From positions 64,001 through 128,000 of the forward strand of contig JBNKHE010000004.1 of the NCBI GenBank assembly GCA_050290185.1: a stretch of 64,000 nucleotides of DNA, read 5' to 3'. Shown piece after piece: positions 29,068-40,021 of the stretch (positions are counted from its first letter, which is position 1; every line of letters starts with the position of its first letter). The notes under the pieces are model-generated. The model searched no databases. It worked only from the letters and a program-made list of their open reading frames with translations, and was not told where the DNA came from. Source of the stretch: Pontiella sp. (GTDB lineage Bacteria; Verrucomicrobiota; Kiritimatiellia; Kiritimatiellales; Pontiellaceae). A program made the position numbers and the translations under genes.

Positions 29068-29985
29068 ATGTTTTCCCCGACCCTTAAGAATAACCTACTG
29101 GCGATTCTGGCATGCCTGCTGTGGTCGTCGGCCTTTGTGACGGTGAAGCATGCGCTGGAATACCAGACACCGCTGACACTGGCGGGGATGCGTTTCATAC
29201 TGGCCGGACTCATCCAGATCCCCCTGTGCGGAAGCCTGATGGCTCCCTGGCGTTTGTTGAAAAAGGAATTCCCTACGGTGCTGCTGGTAAGCCTGTTCCA
29301 TACGATCTTCCTTTATGCGACTTTTTTCATCGGCATGTCGTGGGTTCGCGGTGCCGAAGGGGCCATCATGATCGGCGCCGGCCCCCTCTGTTCGGCGCTG
29401 GTGGCGCACCTTCTGATGCATGACGACAAGCTCCAACGCCAAACGGTGGTCAGCATCATTTTCGGCATGGCCGGCGTCGCATCCATCAGTCTGGCGGCCA
29501 AGCCATGGAGTTCGGTTGGCATGAAGGAGTTTTTCGGTCTGATGCTTCTGTTGAGCGGTTCGGTGGTATCGGCCGTTGGGAATGTGGTGGTAGCCAAGCG
29601 GAAAGGCGGGTTGCCACCCGTAGCGCTGAACAGTATCCAGATGTTGATCGGCGGCGTTGCATTGCTACTGGTTGCCCGGCCATTCGAAGGTGCTCCGCAA
29701 CTGGATCTGCCCGCGGTCTTTTATGGTCAGCTGCTTTGGCTTGCCGTTATTTCAGCCACGGCCTTCGCCATCTGGTTCCATCTGCTCGGAAGAATGAAAG
29801 TTTCCCGACTCAATCTCTGGAAATTCCTGATTCCCTTAAGCGGTGCCCTGCTTAGTTGGATGTTTCTCCCGAACGAATCGCCATCCCTGCCCTCGCTGAT
29901 CGGGATGGCCCTGATCATGATCGGTATTGTAATCGGAAACCGCGAAAGCAGACCGCGGACGCACTGTTCCGGGAGCTCGGATTAG
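29068..29985 (+). CDS. DMT/EamA-family transporter
   Basis: About 10 hydrophobic helices; LLWSSAF..VK, P.TLAGMRF..AG, duplicated EamA pattern. Confidence 0.9.
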   Translation: MFSPTLKNNLLAILACLLWSSAFVTVKHALEYQTPLTLAGMRFILAGLIQIPLCGSLMAPWRLLKKEFPTVLLVSLFHTIFLYATFFIGMSWVRGAEGAIMIGAGPLCSALVAHLLMHDDKLQRQTVVSIIFGMAGVASISLAAKPWSSVGMKEFFGLMLLLSGSVVSAVGNVVVAKRKGGLPPVALNSIQMLIGGVALLLVARPFEGAPQLDLPAVFYGQLLWLAVISATAFAIWFHLLGRMKVSRLNLWKFLIPLSGALLSWMFLPNESPSLPSLIGMALIMIGIVIGNRESRPRTHCSGSSD

Positions 29986-30680
29986 TCTGAGGACGATCCT
30001 GCCGGGTCGGAGGATTTTTTTTGAGCAACATCAGGCAAACCGTAGGGCGAAGGCTCAGTCCCGTTAAGAATCCGGGAGGCCCTGGATGTTGCGGCTGCCA
30101 TCTGCTCGCGGGTCACATGCCCTCTAAGCGCCTGAAGCAAGGAGTCGTTGCCGTTTCCGGCAGCAAGGAGAGCCCAGGTATAGGCCTGTTCATAATCCTG
30201 CTCTGCATCCTCACCCCTCATGTAAATCAGACCCAGATTATGTTGCGCAGCCACGTGCCCCTGCATGGCGGCAAGGGTATACCATCGAAGAGCGGCATCC
30301 ATGTCTTTCTTCACCGGGGTTCCCGAATGGTAGCAGTATGCCAGGCAATATTGTGCTTCTGCATCGCCCGCATTGGCTTTAGCCAGCATACTCTGCATCG
30401 TCGGAGCAGCGGAATCCTCTTGCGTCTTTGCTTTTGCTGGAGCGGAGGAATCACTTCGTTCCTTGATGGACACAACAACGCCATCCTTGGAGGTAATGAC
30501 ACAGTAGCCATAATCCTGAATCAGTTGGCCGTGCAGCGGAAACTCGATATTGGGCTCCCCCAAATGACTCCGGACGGTAGCAGTCGAGTCCCCCACATGT
30601 ACGAGCAATTCCCCGGCGGATTCGTTGACGCCGGAGAAAAAAGCCATGAATAACAGAACGATGACTGACACTAATCTCAT
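29982..30680 (-). CDS. Secreted Sel1-like repeat protein
   Basis: Signal peptide; AGDAEAQYCLAYCY..G, AAMQGHVAAQHNLGLIY..G Sel1 repeats. Confidence 0.88.
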   Translation of the reverse strand: MRLVSVIVLLFMAFFSGVNESAGELLVHVGDSTATVRSHLGEPNIEFPLHGQLIQDYGYCVITSKDGVVVSIKERSDSSAPAKAKTQEDSAAPTMQSMLAKANAGDAEAQYCLAYCYHSGTPVKKDMDAALRWYTLAAMQGHVAAQHNLGLIYMRGEDAEQDYEQAYTWALLAAGNGNDSLLQALRGHVTREQMAAATSRASRILNGTEPSPYGLPDVAQKKSSDPAGSSSD

Positions 30681-30782
30681 GTACGTAATGGTACGTCACT
30701 GGAGCATTTTTCACCACTCCAAAAAAACATGAAACAGGTCCCGCTTATTAAGAGTTTTCGTAAAAACCAAGAAGATAGCAGT

Positions 30783-31787
30783 TTAGCGGCGCGAGACCGG
30801 CGAGGCTCCGTTTTCGAGTACTTTGTCGATAAATTCCATGTCATCCTCGCTGAGCTGCCTGGCAGTACCTCCGAGATTGCACGCGACCTGGCCCTCATTG
30901 CGAAACCCCGGAATTACGCAGGCCACCCGCGGGTAGTTCAGAACATACCGCAAGGCCACCGCCGCCAAGGCCTCGACCGTCGATCCGAACCGGAACTTGA
31001 GCTGCTCCATTCCAGGTTTGAGCATACGGAGGTTTTCCGCACTGAAACGGGCATCATCACTGCGGACATCGCCCGACTCAAACCGGGGCGGGTTTTCCGG
31101 ATCGAATTTATCGAGCAACAGTCCTTGCTGCAACGGGCTGAAGGCCACGAACGACATATGGTGCTGCTCCAACAACCTGCCGACGACGCTGTCCTTCCGG
31201 ATAAAATTCGGACGCAAGGCGTTTCCCCACGACTGAAGCACAGCGGGCTTCACCACCGGCACGGCGCGCTCGAAATCCGCATCGCTGTATGCGGACTGTC
31301 CTTTGAGCCGCACCTTCCCCTCCTTCACCAAAGCATCCAGCGTCTCCGCCGCGCCGTCCAGCCACTCGCCGTCCAGCCCGAAATCGCCATGGTGAAGATA
31401 GTAGATATCAATGTATTCGCGCCCGAGATTCTTCAACGATTGCTCACACTGGTGACGGATGTGCAACGGATCGTAGGCATGTTCCGCCGTGCCCCGAAAA
31501 TGCCCCACCTTGGAGGAAATGATGAAATTCTCCGACTTGAGACCCAACCGCTTGAGCACGCGGCCCAGCATTTGTTCGGCACGGCCGTTGCCATAGACAT
31601 CGGCGTTGTCAAAATGGTTCACACCGGCATCCAGAGCGCACTTAATAGCCGCCGCGACCTCATCCTCGTCGACGTTGGCCCAGCCCACGGAATTTCCTTC
31701 GCTCCAGTTCAGCCCGCCCAGAGTCCAGCACCCCAGACTGATTTCAGAAACGGCAACATCAGTGCTCCCCAGTGTGCGATAGTTCAT
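30783..31787 (-). CDS. Aldo/keto reductase
   Basis: YRTLG...VSEISLGCW, FDNADVYG.G.AE, SLKNLGREYIDIYYLH, FSPLQQGLL, IPGFRN. Start refined to 31787. Confidence 0.93.
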   Translation of the reverse strand: MNYRTLGSTDVAVSEISLGCWTLGGLNWSEGNSVGWANVDEDEVAAAIKCALDAGVNHFDNADVYGNGRAEQMLGRVLKRLGLKSENFIISSKVGHFRGTAEHAYDPLHIRHQCEQSLKNLGREYIDIYYLHHGDFGLDGEWLDGAAETLDALVKEGKVRLKGQSAYSDADFERAVPVVKPAVLQSWGNALRPNFIRKDSVVGRLLEQHHMSFVAFSPLQQGLLLDKFDPENPPRFESGDVRSDDARFSAENLRMLKPGMEQLKFRFGSTVEALAAVALRYVLNYPRVACVIPGFRNEGQVACNLGGTARQLSEDDMEFIDKVLENGASPVSRR

Positions 31788-31958
31788 ATCAAATTCCTTA
31801 TGGCGGCTTAAAATCACAACTCAATAGCATACTCTCGTACCCGATTCCATCAGCGATTCACCTATCACGGCATAACATAAGCGGGTGCGAGGCATTGACA
31901 AGGCATGACGTCTCAAGGAAACTGAACGCTTATTTTTGACAAAAAAGGAGTGCATACC

Positions 31959-33215
<1,257 letters not shown>

Positions 33216-33235
33216 GGTGTGAGGCGTGACGATCG

Positions 33236-33272
33236 ATGCGCGATTCGCCTTATGCGGGTCGCGCATTTTTTT
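33236..33272 (+). terminator. Intrinsic terminator after icd
   Basis: ATGCGCGATTCGC-CTTAT-GCGGGTCGCGCAT followed by a T-run. Confidence 0.7.
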
Positions 33273-33454
33273 CATAGCCTATTCCCCCTTCCGCACCGGT
33301 TGCGGATATCCGCCCCTGCGGGCAGAGCGTGCTCTCCGCATGGCCTTGCGGGAATCCCGTCTTTCCATTTTCGAAATCAACCCATCAAGCGACAACAATC
33401 AACTGACAACAGCACTTCCCAAACCGGGCATTCTGTGCTTTATTCCCCCGCATT

Positions 33455-34483
33455 ATGACGAATGAACTCCATTTAACAGAAGATCTCCGCGTAACCGGAC
33501 TTAAAAAGCTGATCACACCCACCAAGCTCAAGGCGGAATTGCCGTTGGGCAAGACGCTGACGGAAAAGGTCGTATCCGACCGCCAGACCGTACGCGATAT
33601 CATCCACCTTGACGATCCCCGCATGCTTGTTGTGATCGGCCCCTGCTCGATCCACGATCCGGAAGCGGCGCTCGATTATGCACGACGACTTGCCGCCTTG
33701 GCGGAGCAGGTCAAGGACCGCTATTTTCTGGTCATGCGCGTCTACTTTGAAAAACCGCGTACAACGATCGGCTGGAAGGGTTTCATTAACGATCCGCACC
33801 TCGACGACACATGCGACATGGAACACGGTCTGCATGCGGCCCGCAAACTGATGCTCGACATCATTAAGCTGGGCCTGCCGATCGCCACCGAATTTCTCGA
33901 CCCGATCGTGCCGCAGTATACGGCAGATATGGTGAGCTGGTCGGCGATCGGAGCGCGTACGACCGAATCGCAGACGCACCGCGAAATGGCCAGCGGGCTA
34001 TCCATGCCGGTGGGCTTCAAGAATGCCACCGATGGCAATATCCAGGTCGCCATCAACGCGATTGAATCGGCCAGTATCCCGCACAGTTTCCTCGGCATTG
34101 ATCAGGATGGACACACCGCGGTGGTCACCACTTCCGGAAATCCTAATACCCATCTGGTTCTGCGCGGTGGTGACAAACAACCCAACTTTGAAATTCCGGA
34201 AGTCACCTATGCCGCCTGCAAACTCGAAGCCGCCGGACTGGAACCATCGTTGATGGTCGACTGCTCGCACGCCAATGCCAGCAAGATCGCCCTCAATCAG
34301 GTCAAGGTATGGGATGACATCCAGAAACAACGCGCCAAGGGAAACTCACCCATCACCGGTGCCATGGTGGAAAGCTTTATCGAAGAAGGCAACCAGAAGA
34401 TTGCGGGCGACCTGAAGTATGGATTATCCATCACCGATCCCTGCATCAACTGGAAAACTACCGAGCAAATGCTGCTGAAGTAG
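33455..34483 (+). CDS. 3-deoxy-7-phosphoheptulonate (DAHP) synthase, class I-alpha
   Basis: GPCSIHD, MRVYFEKPRTTIGWKG, IGARTTESQTHREMASGLS.PVGFKN, DCSHAN, YGLSITD.C; isozyme (aroF/G/H) cannot be assigned. Confidence 0.96.
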   Translation: MTNELHLTEDLRVTGLKKLITPTKLKAELPLGKTLTEKVVSDRQTVRDIIHLDDPRMLVVIGPCSIHDPEAALDYARRLAALAEQVKDRYFLVMRVYFEKPRTTIGWKGFINDPHLDDTCDMEHGLHAARKLMLDIIKLGLPIATEFLDPIVPQYTADMVSWSAIGARTTESQTHREMASGLSMPVGFKNATDGNIQVAINAIESASIPHSFLGIDQDGHTAVVTTSGNPNTHLVLRGGDKQPNFEIPEVTYAACKLEAAGLEPSLMVDCSHANASKIALNQVKVWDDIQKQRAKGNSPITGAMVESFIEEGNQKIAGDLKYGLSITDPCINWKTTEQMLLK

Positions 34484-34503
34484 CCGTCGGCTACAGCAAT
34501 CCG

Positions 34504-36435
34504 TTAAGTATCGGAAGTCTTCTTTGACTTTTTGCTGCGGGAAGAAGGCGCCGTACTGCGCCGTTTGCTCTGTTGAGTACTACGTTGCGCACGGGGAGTC
34601 TTCTTTGGCTTCCTCACCTGAGCCGGCCGGCTTGAATTGTTCCGTTGCGGATCCGGCCGGTTGCTTCGGGTTTGCGGAGCGGCGGGCGTTGCGGCCGGAC
34701 GAGGTTCCCGGTTCCGGGTCTGTGGCTGCGGCTTGCTTCGGTTTGTTCTACTCCTACGCGGAGTTGCAGGGCTTGTAGCCGGCGGAGTACCGTTGTTCTG
34801 CCGGACAGCCGGACGATGGTTTCCATTGCTGGACCGGTCGGCAGGTGGCGTGCTTTGCTGCGGAGCCGGCCGGTTGCTTCGGGTTTGCGGGGCGGCGGGC
34901 GTTGCGGCCGGACGAGGTTCCCGGTTCCGGGTCTGTGGCTGCGGCTTGCTTCGGTTTGTTCTACTCCTACGCGGCGTCGCAGAGCTCGTAGCCGGCGGAG
35001 TACCGTTGTTCTGCCGGACAGCTGGGCGATGGTTGCCATTGCCGGGCCGGGCGGCGGGTGGCGTGCTTTGTTCCGGAGTCGAACCGGAGCGCCGGGTATT
35101 CGTGTTGGGCGGAACCGTTGTACGGTTGCCATTGGGCGTTGGCCTTGTTCTGGAGCGGCGAGGGTTCTGCACAGGTGCCGGATCTGCACTACGGGATGTT
35201 CTCGACCGGTTCACATTTGGCCCGGTGCCAGAGCTCGAAGCAGCTGCGCCCGTATGGCGGGTAGCGCGGGGTCGGGTCACAACAACGCTGGACCTGTCCC
35301 GATTGAATGTCTCGAATCTACCCGACCGTCTGACCGGGTTGCGCCCGTATCGGATCGACACCGGTGTGATTTCCCGATGCGATGCCGACGCAATATGCTG
35401 TGCAGGAATACCCCGGTTGATGATGGTATGCCGCCGTGCATCGATATCGACCCGATGATGTCCTTCGGTGCGATCGTAAATCCTCTTGATTTCGGATCTG
35501 GAAATCCGATGCCGGCGGATCTGGGGATCGCAGAAGTTCCGGTTTGAAACGAAGGTAAAGGCACCATAACCCAGATTAAAGTTAAATCCGGCGCTCACTA
35601 TAGTGCCACGGCATACGATTCCAACGCCGGGGCGGTAAACCGTATACGGCGGAAGCGGAGCCCAGCCGCAATAGCTACTGTTATAGCGCCAGCAGACCCA
35701 CGACGGGGCCCAGACGGTATCCGGCCACCAGCACCAGCCATAGCGCGCGTGACGGAACCAACGGCCATAATGGAAGGTTGCCCAGCCCCAGGAATAGTTG
35801 GACATCCAGTACCAACCACTATCGGTATAGACCCAGCGGCCGTTATCGCAATAGGGTTCCCAGCTGGAATTGTAAACCACTACAGTCGGGCGCCAGCAAC
35901 GGCCATACCCTTCAACGTAGACCCAGCTACCGTATGGCGATAGCGCGTCCTGGAATTCGTTTACCGTGACCTCGGGGGGCTCCTCTTCGGTTGCGTCGGC
36001 ATCGGCGGAGGTTTCGGGGACGTCGGTTTGAACGCCGATTCCTTCATCGATCAATACCTGGTCCCGGGCCATGGCGGCTTCAATGATTTCAGGGGGCGTT
36101 CCCAGATCGGTTAAGTAAATGATGTCATCCGCATCCAGCTCAAAGAAGCGGGGTGACTTCTTGATGTAGGCCAGAATAACGCCCTGGTCCACGCCCGCTT
36201 GCACCATGCGAACCAGTTGGGCAAAGGGACTGTCCGGACTGACACCTTCCGGCAACGTACTATCAAGCACTGTTTGCACTGCGGGCACATTGGTCTCGAT
36301 GGATGAAACGGAGTTTGTAGCTGCAGATTCCTCCGCTTCCTGTGCATTCGTAGTCATGACAGACGGGTCACTTACCAGAAAAGCACCTAACACTACGGAT
36401 ATTAGAACCATTCCGATCGAGGTTTTCATTTTCAT
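34504..36435 (-). CDS. Secreted DUF6600-like protein with Trp/Tyr-rich repeats and long Pro/Arg/Ser-rich tail
   Basis: Signal peptide; LSPYGSWV...YGRCWRP...W.PY..GRW..TD.GWYW.S.Y.WGWA.FHYGRW...WAPSWV.W...GWAPLPP; low-complexity C-terminus. Confidence 0.85.
   Translation of the reverse strand: MKMKTSIGMVLISVVLGAFLVSDPSVMTTNAQEAEESAATNSVSSIETNVPAVQTVLDSTLPEGVSPDSPFAQLVRMVQAGVDQGVILAYIKKSPRFFELDADDIIYLTDLGTPPEIIEAAMARDQVLIDEGIGVQTDVPETSADADATEEEPPEVTVNEFQDALSPYGSWVYVEGYGRCWRPTVVVYNSSWEPYCDNGRWVYTDSGWYWMSNYSWGWATFHYGRWFRHARYGWCWWPDTVWAPSWVCWRYNSSYCGWAPLPPYTVYRPGVGIVCRGTIVSAGFNFNLGYGAFTFVSNRNFCDPQIRRHRISRSEIKRIYDRTEGHHRVDIDARRHTIINRGIPAQHIASASHREITPVSIRYGRNPVRRSGRFETFNRDRSSVVVTRPRATRHTGAAASSSGTGPNVNRSRTSRSADPAPVQNPRRSRTRPTPNGNRTTVPPNTNTRRSGSTPEQSTPPAARPGNGNHRPAVRQNNGTPPATSSATPRRSRTNRSKPQPQTRNREPRPAATPAAPQTRSNRPAPQQSTPPADRSSNGNHRPAVRQNNGTPPATSPATPRRSRTNRSKPQPQTRNREPRPAATPAAPQTRSNRPDPQRNNSSRPAQVRKPKKTPRAQRSTQQSKRRSTAPSSRSKKSKKTSDT
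34646..35070. repeat. 213-bp (71-aa) near-identical tandem duplication inside the DUF6600-like gene
   Basis: CCGGCCGGTTGCTTCGGG at 34653 and 34866; TGCTTTG at 34851 and 35064 (offset 213 in both cases). Confidence 0.92.
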
Positions 36436-36579
36436 CCCGCACCCTCCTTATTTGGGTTCAATAGCATAACGTTGCGGTATTTGACCTAGTGCCCCTAAAA
36501 ACATTCAAATGTTCATTTGAATTTTATGCAATCTGGGGTTTCATGTGGAAAACAGCAAGAAAAACCTCATTATATTCCC

Positions 36580-37173
36580 CTACAACGAAGCCAGCTCGCA
36601 AAGGGTTACGTGCCGCCACTCCGGTTTTTCCATCAGATGCTCGAGCAACGCGGCCGAAGCCACGGCATCGTACAGCGCATCGTGGGCCGCGCGATCCGGG
36701 CACAGCGCATCAATACGCGGCTTGAGATCAAGCATTGCAATCAAGTCCTCCAACGCGTAGGACGGACATCCCGGCCATACCCTGCGGGCAATGCGGAGTG
36801 TGTCGATCCAAATGCCGAACCGGTGCATCGGCGCCATCAAACGGATAAACTTTTTCTCCGTGGCCACATTGTGCGCACAAAGCGGGTGGGTCGTTAATCG
36901 GGTCATGATCCTCGGCCACAGTTCATGCGGTGCGGGGGCTGTTGCGATTTGCTCACGAAGCAAGGCATGCCGTCCCGGCGCATGCGGATTGAACGGACGG
37001 TTGGCATCCACCTTCAACAGCGACTCAAACATGGAGTCCGCAACCACCTTGCCGCCTTTCAACGAAACCAAGCCTATCTGCCATGGCTCGTTGTCAAATC
37101 CGCGCATCGATCCTGTGCTTTCATAATCCAGCACCGTGATCTCGGCATCCTCTATGGGCGTGTTCAAAGGCAT
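36580..37173 (-). CDS. DEDDh 3'-5' exonuclease (DNA polymerase III epsilon-like)
   Basis: VLDYESTG (ExoI), AHNVATE (ExoII, Glu variant), HDALYDA (ExoIII). Start uncertain between 37167 and 37185. Confidence 0.88.
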   Translation of the reverse strand: MPLNTPIEDAEITVLDYESTGSMRGFDNEPWQIGLVSLKGGKVVADSMFESLLKVDANRPFNPHAPGRHALLREQIATAPAPHELWPRIMTRLTTHPLCAHNVATEKKFIRLMAPMHRFGIWIDTLRIARRVWPGCPSYALEDLIAMLDLKPRIDALCPDRAAHDALYDAVASAALLEHLMEKPEWRHVTLCELASL

Positions 37174-37319
37174 CCTCCACATCATTCAGATTCCCAAACT
37201 GAATTGCAAAGCAAAGTAGATGCAGTATCGTGTCGCGCTGATATTTTTCTATCCCCCAAAAGTCTTATCCGCTATTCATTTTAAACATGTTGTGTTTATC
37301 CATTGGGGGAACCATACGA

Positions 37320-38687
37320 ATGAAACCGATCTATCTTAGTCTTGCGCTCTTGCTAGTCGCCACCACCGCCCTCGCCGAAATGCGCACTTGGACCGCCCAA
37401 AACGGAAAAACCTTTATCGGCGAACTGGTCTCCGTGGATAAGGACAAGGCCAAGCTCAAAGACGAAGACGGGAAAACCGTATCCGTCCCCATCGCGGGGC
37501 TCTGCCAGGAGGATCAAGACTACATTGCATCACATGAACCCATCGATCTGGAAATTGAGCTGGACTCCACCACGACGACCAATACAGGAAACGGATGCTG
37601 TCCACGTATTAAGATCAAGAGCCTTGAATCCAAGCCTATAACCAGGCAGTTGGATCTGTACGTCATCGTGTTTGATGACCAGAACCGATGCATCGCATTG
37701 GTGCGGCAGGAAAACATCGAGATCCCTTCCAACCACAGCGAAGCGGAGTTTGTCCTGGATACGGTTACGTATCCCGAAAAGCGGGAAGATGACATACTGG
37801 CCATGGTTATCGACTCCGACCACAATCTTCTTGTGCACAAAACCAATTCCAAGAAACTTGACGATCCGCACCTTATGACGCAGCTGCTTAATCAATCCCT
37901 GTCTGCCTTTCAACTACAGGCATCGGAACTGGACCGGACAGCGACCGGCGCAATTAACGGACTAATCGTGCGAATGTACGATCTCAGCAGGAAGCGCAAT
38001 GGTATGCGTAGTGACGATGTGGATGCAGCAGAATTCATCACCCAACTCGAACAGTCTAATCCGTACGGATTCTACGCCTACCGCCTAAAGATGCGCTATT
38101 ATCCATCTCCCTACAAAACAACGACCACCGAACTCTGCATACCTGCGATGAGTCTCGTATCAGCCAGCCACTTTCTTGCTTTGCATAATGACGATTTATT
38201 GGATCACAAGACGAAACTCAAAAAAGAGAAAGGCAGGTACGCGTTCCATTTTCAAGGAAGAGTTGCGCCGACAAAGGACATCACGTTCAGGTTTGTTCCG
38301 AGAAGCGCATGCAAGCTCTATGTCTGGATGGATGGAAAATTCATCCTCTCCTCCATCGCGAATGAAAGGAAACATACCCCGTTCTCTTTGTTCCCTGCGG
38401 GAAACCCGGAAGATATTCCGGCAAGCGAATGGATGGAATGGAAAGCAGGAGAGGCGAAGGAGCTGGATGTGCTGATGATTCCTTCTGATAATAATTTCTT
38501 TGGAGGAGGCCTGTTCGTGCAATTCCCGGATATTGACTACCCCGTAGACACACACGGTTTTCCCATTCTACCGCTGTTCACAACCCGTGAACTTTCCGAG
38601 GACTTCCTGAGCAATTTCTATTCCGGCTTCATCCCCGGCATGAAACCACTGGAGCCGGTCATCTTCAACGTGGTTCCAAAAGAATAA
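37320..38687 (+). CDS. Secreted protein with N-terminal SHD1-like domain
   Basis: Signal peptide, then MRTWTAQNGKTFIGELV...KLKDEDGK.V.VPI..L..EDQDYI (SHD1 pattern); remainder unassigned, possibly PA14-like. Confidence 0.75.
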   Translation: MKPIYLSLALLLVATTALAEMRTWTAQNGKTFIGELVSVDKDKAKLKDEDGKTVSVPIAGLCQEDQDYIASHEPIDLEIELDSTTTTNTGNGCCPRIKIKSLESKPITRQLDLYVIVFDDQNRCIALVRQENIEIPSNHSEAEFVLDTVTYPEKREDDILAMVIDSDHNLLVHKTNSKKLDDPHLMTQLLNQSLSAFQLQASELDRTATGAINGLIVRMYDLSRKRNGMRSDDVDAAEFITQLEQSNPYGFYAYRLKMRYYPSPYKTTTTELCIPAMSLVSASHFLALHNDDLLDHKTKLKKEKGRYAFHFQGRVAPTKDITFRFVPRSACKLYVWMDGKFILSSIANERKHTPFSLFPAGNPEDIPASEWMEWKAGEAKELDVLMIPSDNNFFGGGLFVQFPDIDYPVDTHGFPILPLFTTRELSEDFLSNFYSGFIPGMKPLEPVIFNVVPKE

Positions 38688-38748
38688 GGCACCCTGCCTC
38701 TCAGCAGGATGCTTGGTCACGGTCATGCGGCCGAAGCCGCAAAAAAAC

Positions 38749-40017
38749 CTATCCTTCGAGCGAAATGAGCATCGGCTCTTCGATCGCCTCAACGATCCAG
38801 CGCAGGAAACGCGCGCCGTCGGCGCCGTCGATAATGCGATGGTCGTAGGAGAGCGAGAGCGGCATCCGCAGGCGCGGCGCACACAGCTCGTTCTTGCCAA
38901 TGCACGGATCCATGATCGCCCGGCCAACACCAAGGATCGCCACTTCCGGAGAGTTGACTATTGGCGTGAAGAACGATCCACCGATACCACCGAGATTGGT
39001 GATCGTGAAGGTGCCGTTCTGCATGTCGGCCAAGGTAATGGCTCCCGCACGGGCCTTCTTGGCAATCTCGCCAAGGTCCACGGCAATATCGACCATGTTT
39101 TTCTGGTCGGCATCTGGAATGACTGGAACCATCAGGCCCTTCTCGGTATCAACCGCAATGCCGATGTTGTAGAAGTCCTTGTAGATGATCTCCGCCTTCT
39201 CCGGATCAATGCTGCAGTTAAAGTTCGGGAACACCTTAAGGGCAGACGCAACCACCTTAGCCAGAATGGCGGTAACGGTCAACTTTGCACCGGCAGCCTC
39301 GGCCTTCGGGGCAAAGCGTTTGCGAAGCTCTTCGAGCTTGGTGATATCGGCCATATCGTGCTGGGTAACGTGCGGAATGGTGGTCCAGCAATGGGTCATG
39401 TGGTTCATGGTCGCTTTGCGGATGGAACTCATTTTTTCCACGCGGGTTGCGCCCTGAACTCCACCTCCCTTGCGAGCTCCGCCACCGCCGGACATCGAGC
39501 TTTTGGCAAAGTTCTTAACATCTTCCAGACTGATGCGTCCTCCGGCTGCACCGGGTTCAACCTGATGGATATCAACACCAAGTTCGCGTGCCAGACGGCG
39601 TACGTTCGGCGCTGCCGAAACCGCCTTTTCCGCCGAAGCAGGTGCAGGAGCGGGCGCAGCCTTCGGGGCCGGCGCGGGTGCTGCCGCCTTCGGCGCAGGT
39701 GCAGGAGCCAGCTCTTCGGCCACCGGCGCTTCGGGTTCTGCAACCGGAGCAGGTTCTTCGGCCGGAGCCACGGTGCTTTCACCCGCCTCGATCGTGAACG
39801 CCAGTTGACCCACCTCGACTGTATCGCCTTGGGCCACGTGGACTTCCTTGATCGTTCCCGAGGCGGGAGACGGGATTTCCATGCTGGCTTTTCCGGCTTC
39901 GATTTCGAGCAGGGAGTCCCCTTCGCTCACGGTGTCGCCGACGGCAACAAGGATGTTTACGACATCGCCGGACTCAATATTTTCGCCCAACTCGGGCAGT
40001 TTAAATTCAAATGCCAT
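38749..40017 (-). CDS. aceF: Pyruvate dehydrogenase E2, dihydrolipoamide acetyltransferase
   Basis: Single lipoyl domain, Ala/Pro linker, AAPNVRRLARELGVDI binding domain, FTITNLGG and DHRIIDG catalytic motifs; directly after aceE. Confidence 0.93.
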   Translation of the reverse strand: MAFEFKLPELGENIESGDVVNILVAVGDTVSEGDSLLEIEAGKASMEIPSPASGTIKEVHVAQGDTVEVGQLAFTIEAGESTVAPAEEPAPVAEPEAPVAEELAPAPAPKAAAPAPAPKAAPAPAPASAEKAVSAAPNVRRLARELGVDIHQVEPGAAGGRISLEDVKNFAKSSMSGGGGARKGGGVQGATRVEKMSSIRKATMNHMTHCWTTIPHVTQHDMADITKLEELRKRFAPKAEAAGAKLTVTAILAKVVASALKVFPNFNCSIDPEKAEIIYKDFYNIGIAVDTEKGLMVPVIPDADQKNMVDIAVDLGEIAKKARAGAITLADMQNGTFTITNLGGIGGSFFTPIVNSPEVAILGVGRAIMDPCIGKNELCAPRLRMPLSLSYDHRIIDGADGARFLRWIVEAIEEPMLISLEG

Positions 40018-40021
40018 GATT

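Noticed and set aside
28937..29070. tRNA-Val as an integration site for a genomic island
   Set aside because: Followed directly by its terminator and an EamA gene; no integrase and no duplicated tRNA 3' end seen.
33219..33458. Attenuator leader peptide for the DAHP synthase gene
   Set aside because: No short ORF with a convincing run of aromatic codons; the hairpin is better explained as the icd terminator.
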